From contig JBFRWI010000180.1 in assembly GCA_051439505.1 (NCBI GenBank), forward strand, positions 1 to 61,079: a stretch of 61,079 nt of DNA, given 5' to 3'. Below, piece after piece: positions 19,203 through 27,979 of this stretch. Source of the stretch: Hormoscilla sp. (GTDB lineage Bacteria > Cyanobacteriota > Cyanobacteriia > Cyanobacteriales > Desertifilaceae). Both the position numbers and the translations under genes were made by a program. Positions within the stretch are counted from its first letter, which is position 1, and every line of letters begins with the position of its first letter. The notes below the pieces were generated by a model. That model searched no databases, had not been told where the DNA came from, and worked only from the letters and a program-made list of their open reading frames with translations.

Positions 19203-21965
19203 TCAGTGATTATGCTTGCCCAACAGTTCTTGAGGCTGTAGAATGGGAATAGCGATGAGAAACTGGGTTCCTTGCCCTGGTACTGACTGACATTTTAAGC
19301 GACCGTGGTGCTTTTTGACGACAATCTGATAGCTAATGGATAACCCCAGACCAGTACCTTTGCCTACAGGTTTTGTGGTGAAAAAGGGGTCAAATAGCTG
19401 AGAACGTACAGACTCGGGAATGCCAGGACCATTATCCCGAATGGCGATCGCCACATGGTTGCCCTTTACCCCCTTTACCACCTGAGTGCGAATCTCAATC
19501 TGAGGATTTTCCCTGGGTGTTTCTGTTTCCCGACCGCTAACAACAGATTCTTCTAAGGCATCGATCGCATTAGCGAGGATATTCATAAACACCTGATTCA
19601 ACTGCCCTGGGTAGCACTGCACCAGAGGCAAGTTGCCATATTCTTTAATTACCTGAATTTCTGCTTGGCTGCCACGCTCTTTGGAGCTAGCTTGGGGACG
19701 CAATCGATGTTGTAAGATTAACAGAGTGCTATCGATGCCTTCGTGAATATCGGCCTGCTTCAATTCTGATTCATCCAGGCGGGAGAAATTGCGTAGAGAT
19801 AGGACAATCTCGCGGATGCGATCGGCTCCCACATGCATAGAATTGAGCATATGGGGTAAGTCTTCTAGGATAAATTCTAGGTCTATGTCCTCTGCCCGGT
19901 CTTGAATTTCAGCTACGGGATGGGGGTAGTGCTCTTGATAAAGATCCAGCAACTCCAGCAGGTCCGTGATATATTCATTGGCATGGTTGATATTGCCGTA
20001 GATAAAGCTGACGGGGTTATTAATTTCATGGGCGACTCCAGCCACCATCTGTCCCAAGCTGGACATTTTTTCACTCTGCACCAACTGCGCTTGAGCCTGT
20101 TTTAGTTCCTGGATGGCAACTGCTCGCTTTTGGGCTTGTTGGCGTGCATGAGCTTCTGCTTGTTGCAAAGCTGCTTCTGCTTGCTTGCTTTCCGTCCGAT
20201 CGCGCATTACCCCCAGGAAATGGGTCAACTGCCCCTGGGCATTCACCAGGGGCACAATATTGATTTCTGACCAAAACTGTGAGCCATCTTTACGATGGTT
20301 GATCACCTCTACGGTAACTGCTTCGCGACTTAAAAGGGCGGCGCGAATTTTGTCTAACTCCGATCGTTGGGTTTTCGGTCCTTGGAAGATGCGGGGAGTC
20401 TGACCGAGGAGTTCGGCGGCAGAGTAACCGGCCATGCGGCTACAAGCCTGGTTCACGTAGACGATCTTAGGGCCCATGGGTGGATCGATCGGATCGGCTT
20501 CGGTAATTAAAATGCCGTCTTGGGCGTTGACAACAGCGGACTCTAGCAAGCGCAGGCGTTCTTCTGCCTGTTGGCGATCGGCTATTTCTTGCTGCAATTG
20601 ACTGTTAAGCTGCAATTGCTCTTGTTTACCTTGTTCTAGTTTACTAAAAGCGGTGAGAATGCTGTCCGCCATTTGATTAAAAGTGACCGCCAGTTCCCCC
20701 ACCTCGTCAGTAGCAAAGACCTGGGCTCGCGCTTCCATGTTACCTGTGGAGAATTCTTTGGTGGTACCCTGTAGCTGCTTGATGGGGCGGGCGATCGCCC
20801 GCCCCAGAACGATCGCCAAGATTACGTCTGTCGTCAATGCCAAGACAGACACGAGTATTTGCAGCAGCAGACTATCCTTTAACATGCTATTCAGTCTCGT
20901 TTCTGGCGTTCCCCGCACCAAAATTGCCACCTGTTCCCCAGCAAAATTGGGCAAGCTTTTCGCCGCCACAGTATAGGTTTGCTTTCCTACAGTTATCCGT
21001 CCTGACACGGGCTTACCCTTTGCCTCCACTGCCGCAGTTAGTAGGGAAGCATCGGGTAAAGGCACATTGATGATATAGTTTTCTTGGTTGGGGTGATAAG
21101 GCTGAGCGATTTCGTGGACTTCTGGATCTTGTACTGCTGTAGCTAATGTAAAAGTGCCCAGAGGTTGGCGCAGATAGACAGCACTATAGCCGCCGCCAAC
21201 AGTTTGTACGGTTTGATTGACAATTAGCGGTTTGCCATTCACGACATCCCCAGATACCAAAGCCCCCAATATCTCTTGGGTTTGGGGGTCGATCACTGGG
21301 GTCACCGTGTAACGAACTAGGGCGTAGTCGGTACTAACCGTTTCTGTTTCTGCGAGCAAAGGCGGAGACTCTTGGAGTAACTCTTGCCAACTAACGACTT
21401 CGCTAGTTTTGATTTGCCGAGGTTGGGCGAGCACTTCACTCACCAAATTGTTAGGATTGAATTTTTCGCCGGAACGATCTGCATTAGCATTGACAATAAT
21501 CCGTAAATCAGCTCCCACTAAGGTAGCATATTCTATCTGCCGGGCTTGAATTTCATTCCTAAGAATGTTTTGCACTTGTTCTCGTAAAGCAACGTCGATG
21601 GTTTCAGCAGCATCATGGGTTTTGGCGGCAGCAATAATGGCAGCATTATCCGATTGTCCCCGGAAGCCAAAGCCCATTTGATTGATTTTGATATTATAGT
21701 GAATTTCCGTAACCGCTAGTTCCGATTTGGCTTGATTGCGCAGCTGAGTGCGTCCCCCCGAGACAATCAAAAAGGCCCCTACCCCCACCAGTCCTACGAT
21801 GGAGATGACCTCGGAAGTGAATAAGCCCACCAGCTGCTTGCGCCGAATGGGAAAGTCATAAAACCATTGTAGAAAACTTCCGTTCCCAGGAGTTTGATGT
21901 TCGGTTTTGTAGGGGCCTTTGTGCGACTGATCCTGTTTTATTGTCGGTTGCCGGACTGGTTTCAT
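19203..21965 (-). CDS. Membrane sensor histidine kinase (Cache-like, HAMP, PAS/PAC, HisKA, HATPase)
   Basis: DEVGELAVTFNQM, IVYVN..GQTPRIFQGP, AGVAHEINNP, DNGPG and GTGLGLS. Confidence 0.92.
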   Translation of the reverse strand: MKPVRQPTIKQDQSHKGPYKTEHQTPGNGSFLQWFYDFPIRRKQLVGLFTSEVISIVGLVGVGAFLIVSGGRTQLRNQAKSELAVTEIHYNIKINQMGFGFRGQSDNAAIIAAAKTHDAAETIDVALREQVQNILRNEIQARQIEYATLVGADLRIIVNANADRSGEKFNPNNLVSEVLAQPRQIKTSEVVSWQELLQESPPLLAETETVSTDYALVRYTVTPVIDPQTQEILGALVSGDVVNGKPLIVNQTVQTVGGGYSAVYLRQPLGTFTLATAVQDPEVHEIAQPYHPNQENYIINVPLPDASLLTAAVEAKGKPVSGRITVGKQTYTVAAKSLPNFAGEQVAILVRGTPETRLNSMLKDSLLLQILVSVLALTTDVILAIVLGRAIARPIKQLQGTTKEFSTGNMEARAQVFATDEVGELAVTFNQMADSILTAFSKLEQGKQEQLQLNSQLQQEIADRQQAEERLRLLESAVVNAQDGILITEADPIDPPMGPKIVYVNQACSRMAGYSAAELLGQTPRIFQGPKTQRSELDKIRAALLSREAVTVEVINHRKDGSQFWSEINIVPLVNAQGQLTHFLGVMRDRTESKQAEAALQQAEAHARQQAQKRAVAIQELKQAQAQLVQSEKMSSLGQMVAGVAHEINNPVSFIYGNINHANEYITDLLELLDLYQEHYPHPVAEIQDRAEDIDLEFILEDLPHMLNSMHVGADRIREIVLSLRNFSRLDESELKQADIHEGIDSTLLILQHRLRPQASSKERGSQAEIQVIKEYGNLPLVQCYPGQLNQVFMNILANAIDALEESVVSGRETETPRENPQIEIRTQVVKGVKGNHVAIAIRDNGPGIPESVRSQLFDPFFTTKPVGKGTGLGLSISYQIVVKKHHGRLKCQSVPGQGTQFLIAIPILQPQELLGKHNH

Positions 21966-22135
21966 CTTAAAATTTGCTTAAGTCACGTAATTTCATCTAA
22001 CCAGTATGCTACCACTCCAGGCGATCTTTGAGTCTTGAGTGCGATCGCCTTCTTTCCTGCTGTTAATGCCCCGTGAGTTCCATAAATAGGTCGCCCAGGG
22101 CATCTCCCTCAAAGTAGAGTTAGTAAAATAATTTT

Positions 22136-22318
22136 GGCGTTGCACATTTTTCGGATGATGACAGCCAATTGTTAAAAATTGCTAATTGAAAAGAGTCAAT
22201 TTATCTATTTATGACCAAAAATGACTATCGCGATTAACCATTGACAATAGCGCTCCTGCGTCGCGCACTTCGTATAAGCAAGCCCGCAACCCTTATCATC
22301 CCGTCGTTGTGCAACGCC
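22136..22318. mobile_element. MITE with TIR GGCGTTGCACA and an 8-bp TSD
   Basis: ATAATTTT is duplicated at 22128-22135 and 22319-22326. Confidence 0.8.
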
Positions 22319-22463
22319 ATAATTTTCTTATAGTTTTGTATATTTTTTTGAAGTTGCAATAATATCAAGTAAAATTGCAGAAATTGCAGGGGCTACTGGT
22401 AGGGTGGGCATCGCCCACCATCCGGCTTTGTTACAGGGCATAACCCCAGTATGTAGCAGGGAT

Positions 22464-22766
22464 TTAGAATTTGTAGAGGATGTCAAAGCCCTGCAAACCT
22501 TGAGGTTGTTCTTTGTTAACGGCGACATCCGTGACTGCCGCATCAAGGGGCCCCTGGTAACACCAGCGAATCATGGCTTCAACGGCAGACTGAGATCCTT
22601 CAAAGACAGCTTCGACTCGGCGATCGGGCAAATTACGTACCCAACCGGCAATACCCAAATGTTTGGCCTGGGAACGAGTGGAGAAGCGATAGCCGACGCC
22701 CTGGACTCGGCCCGAAATGAAGACATGGGCGCGAATTTCTGGTTTTGGTTGTGATGGTTTTTCCAT
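22464..22766 (-). CDS. acyP: Acylphosphatase
   Basis: ISGRVQGVGYR and GWVRNLPD.RVEA. Confidence 0.93.
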   Translation of the reverse strand: MEKPSQPKPEIRAHVFISGRVQGVGYRFSTRSQAKHLGIAGWVRNLPDRRVEAVFEGSQSAVEAMIRWCYQGPLDAAVTDVAVNKEQPQGLQGFDILYKF

Positions 22767-22801
22767 AAACTTATCAAAAGTATGCTCAATTAATCATAAT
22801 C

Positions 22802-23323
22802 ATGATCTTAGTTCATCGCCTCACGGCTGCATACTCGACTATTCCTAATGCCGAAGCTTGGGTCTGGGCGGCATTGCTGGTATGCATATTTACCATAATT
22901 TCTCTGCCCGTGGGATTCAAGTTTGATTTCCTGCAACTAAAAGTAGAGACAGCATGGCAAACCGTTGTCAGTGTCATGGCCATGACACTGCTAATCCCTG
23001 GGATATTTGAGGAGACAGTGTTTCGGGTTTTACCCCTGCCTCACCCAGCAGAAAATCCTTCGGTCCAAGTCCAGTTGCTGTGGGGGTTGGGCAGTTTAGC
23101 AATTTTCATTATCTCTCATCCGCTGAATGGTTTGACCTTCTATCCTGCTAGACTGAAGACATTTACCAATCCAGTTTTTCTGTCTTTAGCAGGAATTCTA
23201 GGTCTTATTTGCACGATCGCCTATTGGCAGAGTGGTTCAATTTGGACGCCCATAGCTATTCACTGGTTAATTGTAGTAATTTGGTTGCTAGGGCTAGGTG
23301 GATATGAAAAACTCTCTCAGTAG
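22802..23323 (+). CDS. CPBP (CAAX/Abi) family intramembrane glutamic protease
   Basis: EETVFR, FIISH and IAIHW motifs. Hydrophobic. Confidence 0.85.
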   Translation: MILVHRLTAAYSTIPNAEAWVWAALLVCIFTIISLPVGFKFDFLQLKVETAWQTVVSVMAMTLLIPGIFEETVFRVLPLPHPAENPSVQVQLLWGLGSLAIFIISHPLNGLTFYPARLKTFTNPVFLSLAGILGLICTIAYWQSGSIWTPIAIHWLIVVIWLLGLGGYEKLSQ

Positions 23324-23512
23324 GGTGGGCATTGCCCACCTGTAAAAATTGGTGGGCGGTGCTTTCGTAATTCAGCGATCGATATCTATCTTACTTCGCT
23401 GTTATCCCGCCGGGGGTTCAAACCCCCGGCTAATAGCTAAAGTCGGTTGAAACCGACTAATAAATAATTTTCAAATTAATTGTAGCATTGTTTTTACAAA
23501 ATGGTATAATCT

Positions 23513-23563
23513 AGCCCGCGCAGGCGGGCTTTGTTTGTGTAGCCGGACCCTTTAGGGTTCGGG
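23513..23563. repeat. REP-like element AGCCCGCGCAGGCGGGCT...CCGGACCCTTTAGGGTTCGG
   Basis: Inverted copies near 39762-39811, 44310-44359 and 47481-47530. Confidence 0.75.
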
Positions 23564-23585
23564 CGACGCAAATATGCAGTGTACC

Positions 23586-24395
23586 CTACTTTTTCCAGAT
23601 TTGAGGTTGACGGAAAGCATGGATATCTTTGATTACCTGTACCCAGCTATTGGCCAGAGATGCTAAGATGCGATCGCCATTTTCCCCAGAAGCAGTTGTA
23701 GGATCTCCCAGGACTCCACTTGTCGTTAAATCTCGCGTCGCCCAAGCGAAAGGCAGCTTTCCCTCCATACTCAGCATACTGTCTGTAGGTAACTCTTGAG
23801 GATATTCAGCTACTGCCGCCTCCATGTTCACCTGTTCTGGTAGCAGAGAAAGGAGTAAGCTAGTTTCGGCATCTCCAGCATGGATCCCCAATTCAAATTC
23901 CTTTGCTGTCAATAATTCCTCAGTAATATTAGGAACGCGCCAGGTAAACAGGGGGAACACCATAAAATCATCATATTTGACGTGTAAATCTCGCGCTGCT
24001 ATTTCCAATACCTGGGGTTGTCCTCCGTGGGAGTTAATCAACACAAACTTGCGAAAACCGGCCCGGTAAATACTTTCGGCTACTTCGGTAATAACTGCCA
24101 ACAGGGTTGGGGCCGTCAGAGTAATTGTACCCGGGAAATGTAAGTGTTCGTTAGATTTGCCATAATAAAGGGTAGGCAAGGCATAAGCGGGAATGCTGGG
24201 GTCTAGTTGAGCCAATGCCTTTCCCAAAACTCCGACGCTAATGGCAGCATCTACTATGAGTGGCAAATGGGGGCCATGTTGCTCAATTGCCCCGATCGGT
24301 TGGATGATCGGCACATTTTCCTTATCTGGAATTGCCTGGATCTCTGTCCAGCTGAGGTAGGTAAAAAAACGTTCTGGGGGGATGAAGCTGTGCAT
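23586..24395 (-). CDS. Creatininase family protein
   Basis: GAIEQHGPHLPL..D, NSHGG, HAGDAETS and SGVLGDPT. Confidence 0.9.
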   Translation of the reverse strand: MHSFIPPERFFTYLSWTEIQAIPDKENVPIIQPIGAIEQHGPHLPLIVDAAISVGVLGKALAQLDPSIPAYALPTLYYGKSNEHLHFPGTITLTAPTLLAVITEVAESIYRAGFRKFVLINSHGGQPQVLEIAARDLHVKYDDFMVFPLFTWRVPNITEELLTAKEFELGIHAGDAETSLLLSLLPEQVNMEAAVAEYPQELPTDSMLSMEGKLPFAWATRDLTTSGVLGDPTTASGENGDRILASLANSWVQVIKDIHAFRQPQIWKK

Positions 24396-24407
24396 TATTG
24401 TTGATTG

Positions 24408-24858
24408 CTAATTGTTAATTGCGTTCCGGGGCACCCAAGTATAATACTGCTCAATGAGCCCGATCGTCAATTCTTGCTTCTGTTGGACTGCGATCGCCCC
24501 TTGGTGGACCTGGGCGATCGCCCCTGCTATGGAAAATCCCAATCCAAATCCTCCTTGATTTTTAGAACGGGTTTTATTCACGCGATAGAAGCGATCGAAA
24601 ATCTGCGATTTTTCCTCTGGGGAAATCCCCAGGCCATTATCTTCGACGTGAATGAGAGCATAATGTGCATCTCTTTCTAATCTTAACATGACAACTCCTC
24701 CTGGTGATGTATATTGAATCCCATTGATAACTAAGTTATCTTGCTTGAGTTGCTGTTGGGAGTTAAGGCTTAATTGCCAATCCAGGAGGCAACTGGCAGT
24801 TAAATCTCGCGTAGCCCAAGGGAAAGGCAGCTTCCACTCCATGCTCCTCAGCATGCTA
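24408..24858 (-). pseudogene. Chimeric relic: a creatininase fragment joined to the HATPase_c fragment of a sensor kinase
   Basis: SMEWKLPFPWATRDLT copies the neighbouring gene. NLVINGIQYT..DNGLGI..FDRFYR..GFGLGFSIA has no HisKA domain or evident start. Confidence 0.7.
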
Positions 24859-25018
24859 TATTTCCTACGTACACCCAAAAAAGTCCGGGGAGTATTGTGG
24901 TAAGCTACCAACTTAAGCCGGGATAGCCCATAAGGCAAGGCTTCTAGCCCACAGGGACGCGCGATCGCTCCCTTGGGCCTCTTGGGCCTCTTTGTCCCCC
25001 TTGACGTTGGTACTCTTG

Positions 25019-25027
25019 TGGTATAAT
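25019..25027 (+). promoter_or_regulatory. Extended -10 promoter (TGGTATAAT) for the EF-hand gene
   Basis: TGnTATAAT lies 30 nt before ATG 25058. TTGACG is at 25001-25006 (15-nt spacing). A GAGG RBS precedes the start. Confidence 0.5.
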
Positions 25028-25057
25028 TACCAAAAGTTGATTGAGGAATTAGTAGAA

Positions 25058-25633
25058 ATGTCTCCAGAAGAATTTTTGTCATCTAATGTTTGGGTTGCCA
25101 AGATGAAGACCTACTTCCAGGTCATGGACACTAACCAAAATGGTTTTTTGTCCCTCTCTGAATACGAGGAGATTGCGGAGCGGATGATCCAAAATCAAAA
25201 AGATCGGTCGAAAGACGAAGAAATTCGTGGGGTGTTTCGCTCCCTGTTTAACAACTTTGTCGCCGGAGGGAAGCAGGTCGATGCTGACACCCAGATTGGT
25301 TACGAAGAGTTCCTCGCCAATGCCGCGAAGGCGGTCTCGTCGATGCAATCGTCACGGGAAGCGGGTAAGCGAAAGAACGAAGTTTTCTTTGATTTCGTCG
25401 ATACAGATGGCTCTGGAGAGATATCCCGTGAAGAATACCGAAAGTATCTGGCAATATACTCCGGGGGAGAGGACCCCGATCGTGCCGATCGGGCTTTCGA
25501 CAGCATCGACGTTGATGGCAATGGTTCTATCACCCGCGCCGAGTTTGTTGAAGGTCATATGCACTACTGGTTTGAACATACTAGCGACCCAAGCTGCTCG
25601 CCGCTTCCCTATGGGCCGTTGGTAGATTCATAA
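25058..25633 (+). CDS. EF-hand Ca2+-binding protein of the sarcoplasmic-calcium-binding/coelenterazine-binding/photoprotein structural family
   Basis: 191 aa. EF loops DTNQNGFLSLSE, DTDGSGEISREE and DVDGNGSITRAE, with EF2 degenerate. WVAKMKTYF start and YGPLVD end. Confidence 0.85.
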   Translation: MSPEEFLSSNVWVAKMKTYFQVMDTNQNGFLSLSEYEEIAERMIQNQKDRSKDEEIRGVFRSLFNNFVAGGKQVDADTQIGYEEFLANAAKAVSSMQSSREAGKRKNEVFFDFVDTDGSGEISREEYRKYLAIYSGGEDPDRADRAFDSIDVDGNGSITRAEFVEGHMHYWFEHTSDPSCSPLPYGPLVDS

Positions 25634-25733
25634 TATTAACCTGAGTTTGGGATAAGTCGGAATCAGCTGCGCAGCATACTAAAAAACTGGTAATTTCCCG
25701 AAAATACCGTCCTCTAGGCGGTTGACGCGACGC

Positions 25734-25756
25734 AAAAAAGCCACTAGCTGCGTGGC
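25734..25756 (-). terminator. Rho-independent terminator downstream of the omega-like RNA
   Basis: Minus strand GCCAC-gcagcta-GTGGC-TTTTTT. Confidence 0.6.
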
Positions 25757-25982
25757 CAGTGACTATTTTGCTGCCTTTCGGCTCTCCCTGAAAAGGGGTA
25801 AAGTTTGCCTCGGTCAAGTTAAAGGGGCTTTTTACATCTGACTCACGCGGTCCTACTAAATCCATTCGTTCCGTTCCTTAAAGCCAGACGACAGCAGCTT
25901 AAGGCTGGCGCTCACCCGTAGGTGTCATGACCCCCCTAACGTAGGTCTGATCCTGGACCTGCATCAAGCATCTTCCCGAGGG
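25757..25982 (-). ncRNA. Orphan HEARO/omega-RNA-like structured RNA (IscB/IsrB-type guide scaffold) without a nuclease ORF
   Basis: Minus strand order: CAGACCTACGTT, GTCATGACACCTACGGGTG..GCCAGCC..CTGTCG, TTAAG, AAAAAGCCCC, TAACTTGACCGAGGCAAACTTTACCCC..GGGAG. GTTAGGGGGG pairs with CCCCTTTAAC. Confidence 0.8.
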
Positions 25983-25987
25983 AGATA

Positions 25988-25996
25988 ATTTTAACA
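25988..25996 (-). promoter_or_regulatory. Extended -10 (TGTTAAAAT) upstream of the omega-like RNA
   Basis: TGnTAAAAT on the minus strand, about 28 nt before the scaffold hairpin. Confidence 0.45.
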
Positions 25997-26382
25997 TTGG
26001 TCAGAAATTACCGGATTTTATGCAAGAGTAGATTCCGACTTTAGCTATGAGCCTGTGCCGCCACCGGCGGAGGATCGGGAAAAATACAAGATCTAAGTTG
26101 TATTATACCCAATTTTTCCCAAGCTTTCCCAAGATTCCCCAACTTGTCCTAACTTTTTATCTGGTCATTAACGGGAGAAGTCCAAATAAAAATATGACTT
26201 TTAGGGGATTCAAAGGAAAAGCGCATTGCTCTAATATATCTGGAGTTACGCAGAAGTCTTAAAGATATGGTGGGCGGTGCCCGCCAGATGCTACACCGGT
26301 ACGAGATAATGGTCCAAATGGCTTAAGTCCTGTGGATAGGGGCAAGTTGACTGTCAAGGATGAGCAGTAAGGAGTATAATAA

Positions 26383-27489
26383 ATGTTGTTAAAAAGTATC
26401 CCTCAAAATGTTATCCCTCAAAATGGACTTAAATGTTTATTGGGGTGTGTACGTGTAGGTGATGGAAGTGTGGCTTTCTGGCATGAAAAAAAATTACGCG
26501 ATCTGGGAATAGAGACTCTAGGGATTATCGATCCCGATCCTGTTAAACAAAAAAAGGCAGCAAAGAGAGGAATAAAGGTATTTTCATCTTTGGTACAAGC
26601 AGCAGAAAATCGTCCAATTTTCTGGGATATTTGTTGTCCTACTAAATATCACGTTGAAGTCATCAGGGATATTATAGAAATTGATAACCAGGCTAACATT
26701 ATAGTAGAAAAACCGGTCTGCTCCTACGGTGAAATAGAAAAATTGTCTGAATTGCTGAAGGGATTTAAGGGAAAGCTAGTTGTTAACGAAAACTACATAT
26801 CATCATTAGTAACACAGAAGATCAAAGAACTGATTATCGATATGGAACTTACCCCCCATAGAGTTGTATCAGAAATGACAAAAAAACGAATTAATGACTT
26901 TATTAATGGTCGTTTTTTGGATAATGAGTTTTATGCGTTTGGTTATGAAGGTTCCCATATAGTTACCAATGTCCTGGCTCTAGGAAAAAAATATATTCCC
27001 CGGGAAATAGGAAATATTTTTTATGAAGACCTATATATTGATATTAATGGCAAAAAGCTGCATCTGCCCAAGCAGGCAATGGTAGAAAAGCACTATCGAG
27101 CAGTGAATGGTGCAGAAGTTGTGTTATATACTTCTATGGAGGGAAAGATAAAATACTTTTATCCAGGGTACTCTCTGCACCACCTCTACCAAGCTCCTGA
27201 AGATCCACATACCCGCTATCGTGTATTAGCTGTAGAAGATCATAACACTGGTATAACTGTAGCTGGATTTTATGAACCTATTATTGGTCAAAACAGAGGT
27301 GAAGGACGTGTTGTAGTCTGCAAGGATGGCATTGTGCAAAAAATCATCCCCCACATAGTTGATGATACAATGGGCAGAACTCTGAAAAATGCCATAGAAT
27401 ATTTCCAGGGAAAAAGAGAAAATCCCTGTCCTGCGAGGGTAGCTATTGGCATAGTAGAGTTCATGAATTTATGGTATAGTGAAAAATGA
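26383..27489 (+). CDS. Gfo/Idh/MocA-like oxidoreductase
   Basis: DICCPTKYH...NIIVEKP...VNENY. AT-rich, with an AAGGAG RBS. Confidence 0.7.
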   Translation: MLLKSIPQNVIPQNGLKCLLGCVRVGDGSVAFWHEKKLRDLGIETLGIIDPDPVKQKKAAKRGIKVFSSLVQAAENRPIFWDICCPTKYHVEVIRDIIEIDNQANIIVEKPVCSYGEIEKLSELLKGFKGKLVVNENYISSLVTQKIKELIIDMELTPHRVVSEMTKKRINDFINGRFLDNEFYAFGYEGSHIVTNVLALGKKYIPREIGNIFYEDLYIDINGKKLHLPKQAMVEKHYRAVNGAEVVLYTSMEGKIKYFYPGYSLHHLYQAPEDPHTRYRVLAVEDHNTGITVAGFYEPIIGQNRGEGRVVVCKDGIVQKIIPHIVDDTMGRTLKNAIEYFQGKRENPCPARVAIGIVEFMNLWYSEK

Positions 27490-27522
27490 ACATCAACACC
27501 GAAAACGGAGGTTGTCAATTAA

Positions 27523-27852
27523 ATGATCCTTTCTAGCGATAGCATCCCCCAGGAAAGAGGACACTGCGGCACTATTAGAAAACTGGTATCCCAAGGACCG
27601 GCCAGACTCGTACATCTTTTTGTGGAGAATGCAGAAAAGCATTATCACAAAAAGACGACAGAGTATTATTACGTACTTAATGGAACCGGACAGGTGTCTC
27701 TCGACGACAATATACAGCCGATTAAAAAAGGTGACGTCATTAAAATAGAACCGGGAGTTAAGCACCAGGCGATCGAGGGTGAAGAACCCTTGGAAATTCT
27801 CGTAATTGAAGTGCCTCCTGCCATAGGTGACTCTTATATAGTAAACGAATAG
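27523..27852 (+). CDS. Cupin domain protein
   Basis: HYHKKTTEYYYVLNGTG and GDVIKIEPGVKH. Confidence 0.88.
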   Translation: MILSSDSIPQERGHCGTIRKLVSQGPARLVHLFVENAEKHYHKKTTEYYYVLNGTGQVSLDDNIQPIKKGDVIKIEPGVKHQAIEGEEPLEILVIEVPPAIGDSYIVNE

Positions 27853-27979
27853 TCCCTACCAACGGGATCATATTCACATCAAATGCCCAGAAACCAGGTT
27901 TTTACGTTAATCTGAACTCTCTAGGCGCGAAAGCGCCTGGAAAGCACTAAAGTGCTTACTACGAACGAATTAGCAATTT

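Noticed and set aside
25581..25865. 94-aa ORF as an iscB remnant
   Set aside because: No PLMP/RRXRR/HNH motifs; it overlaps the RNA scaffold and terminator.
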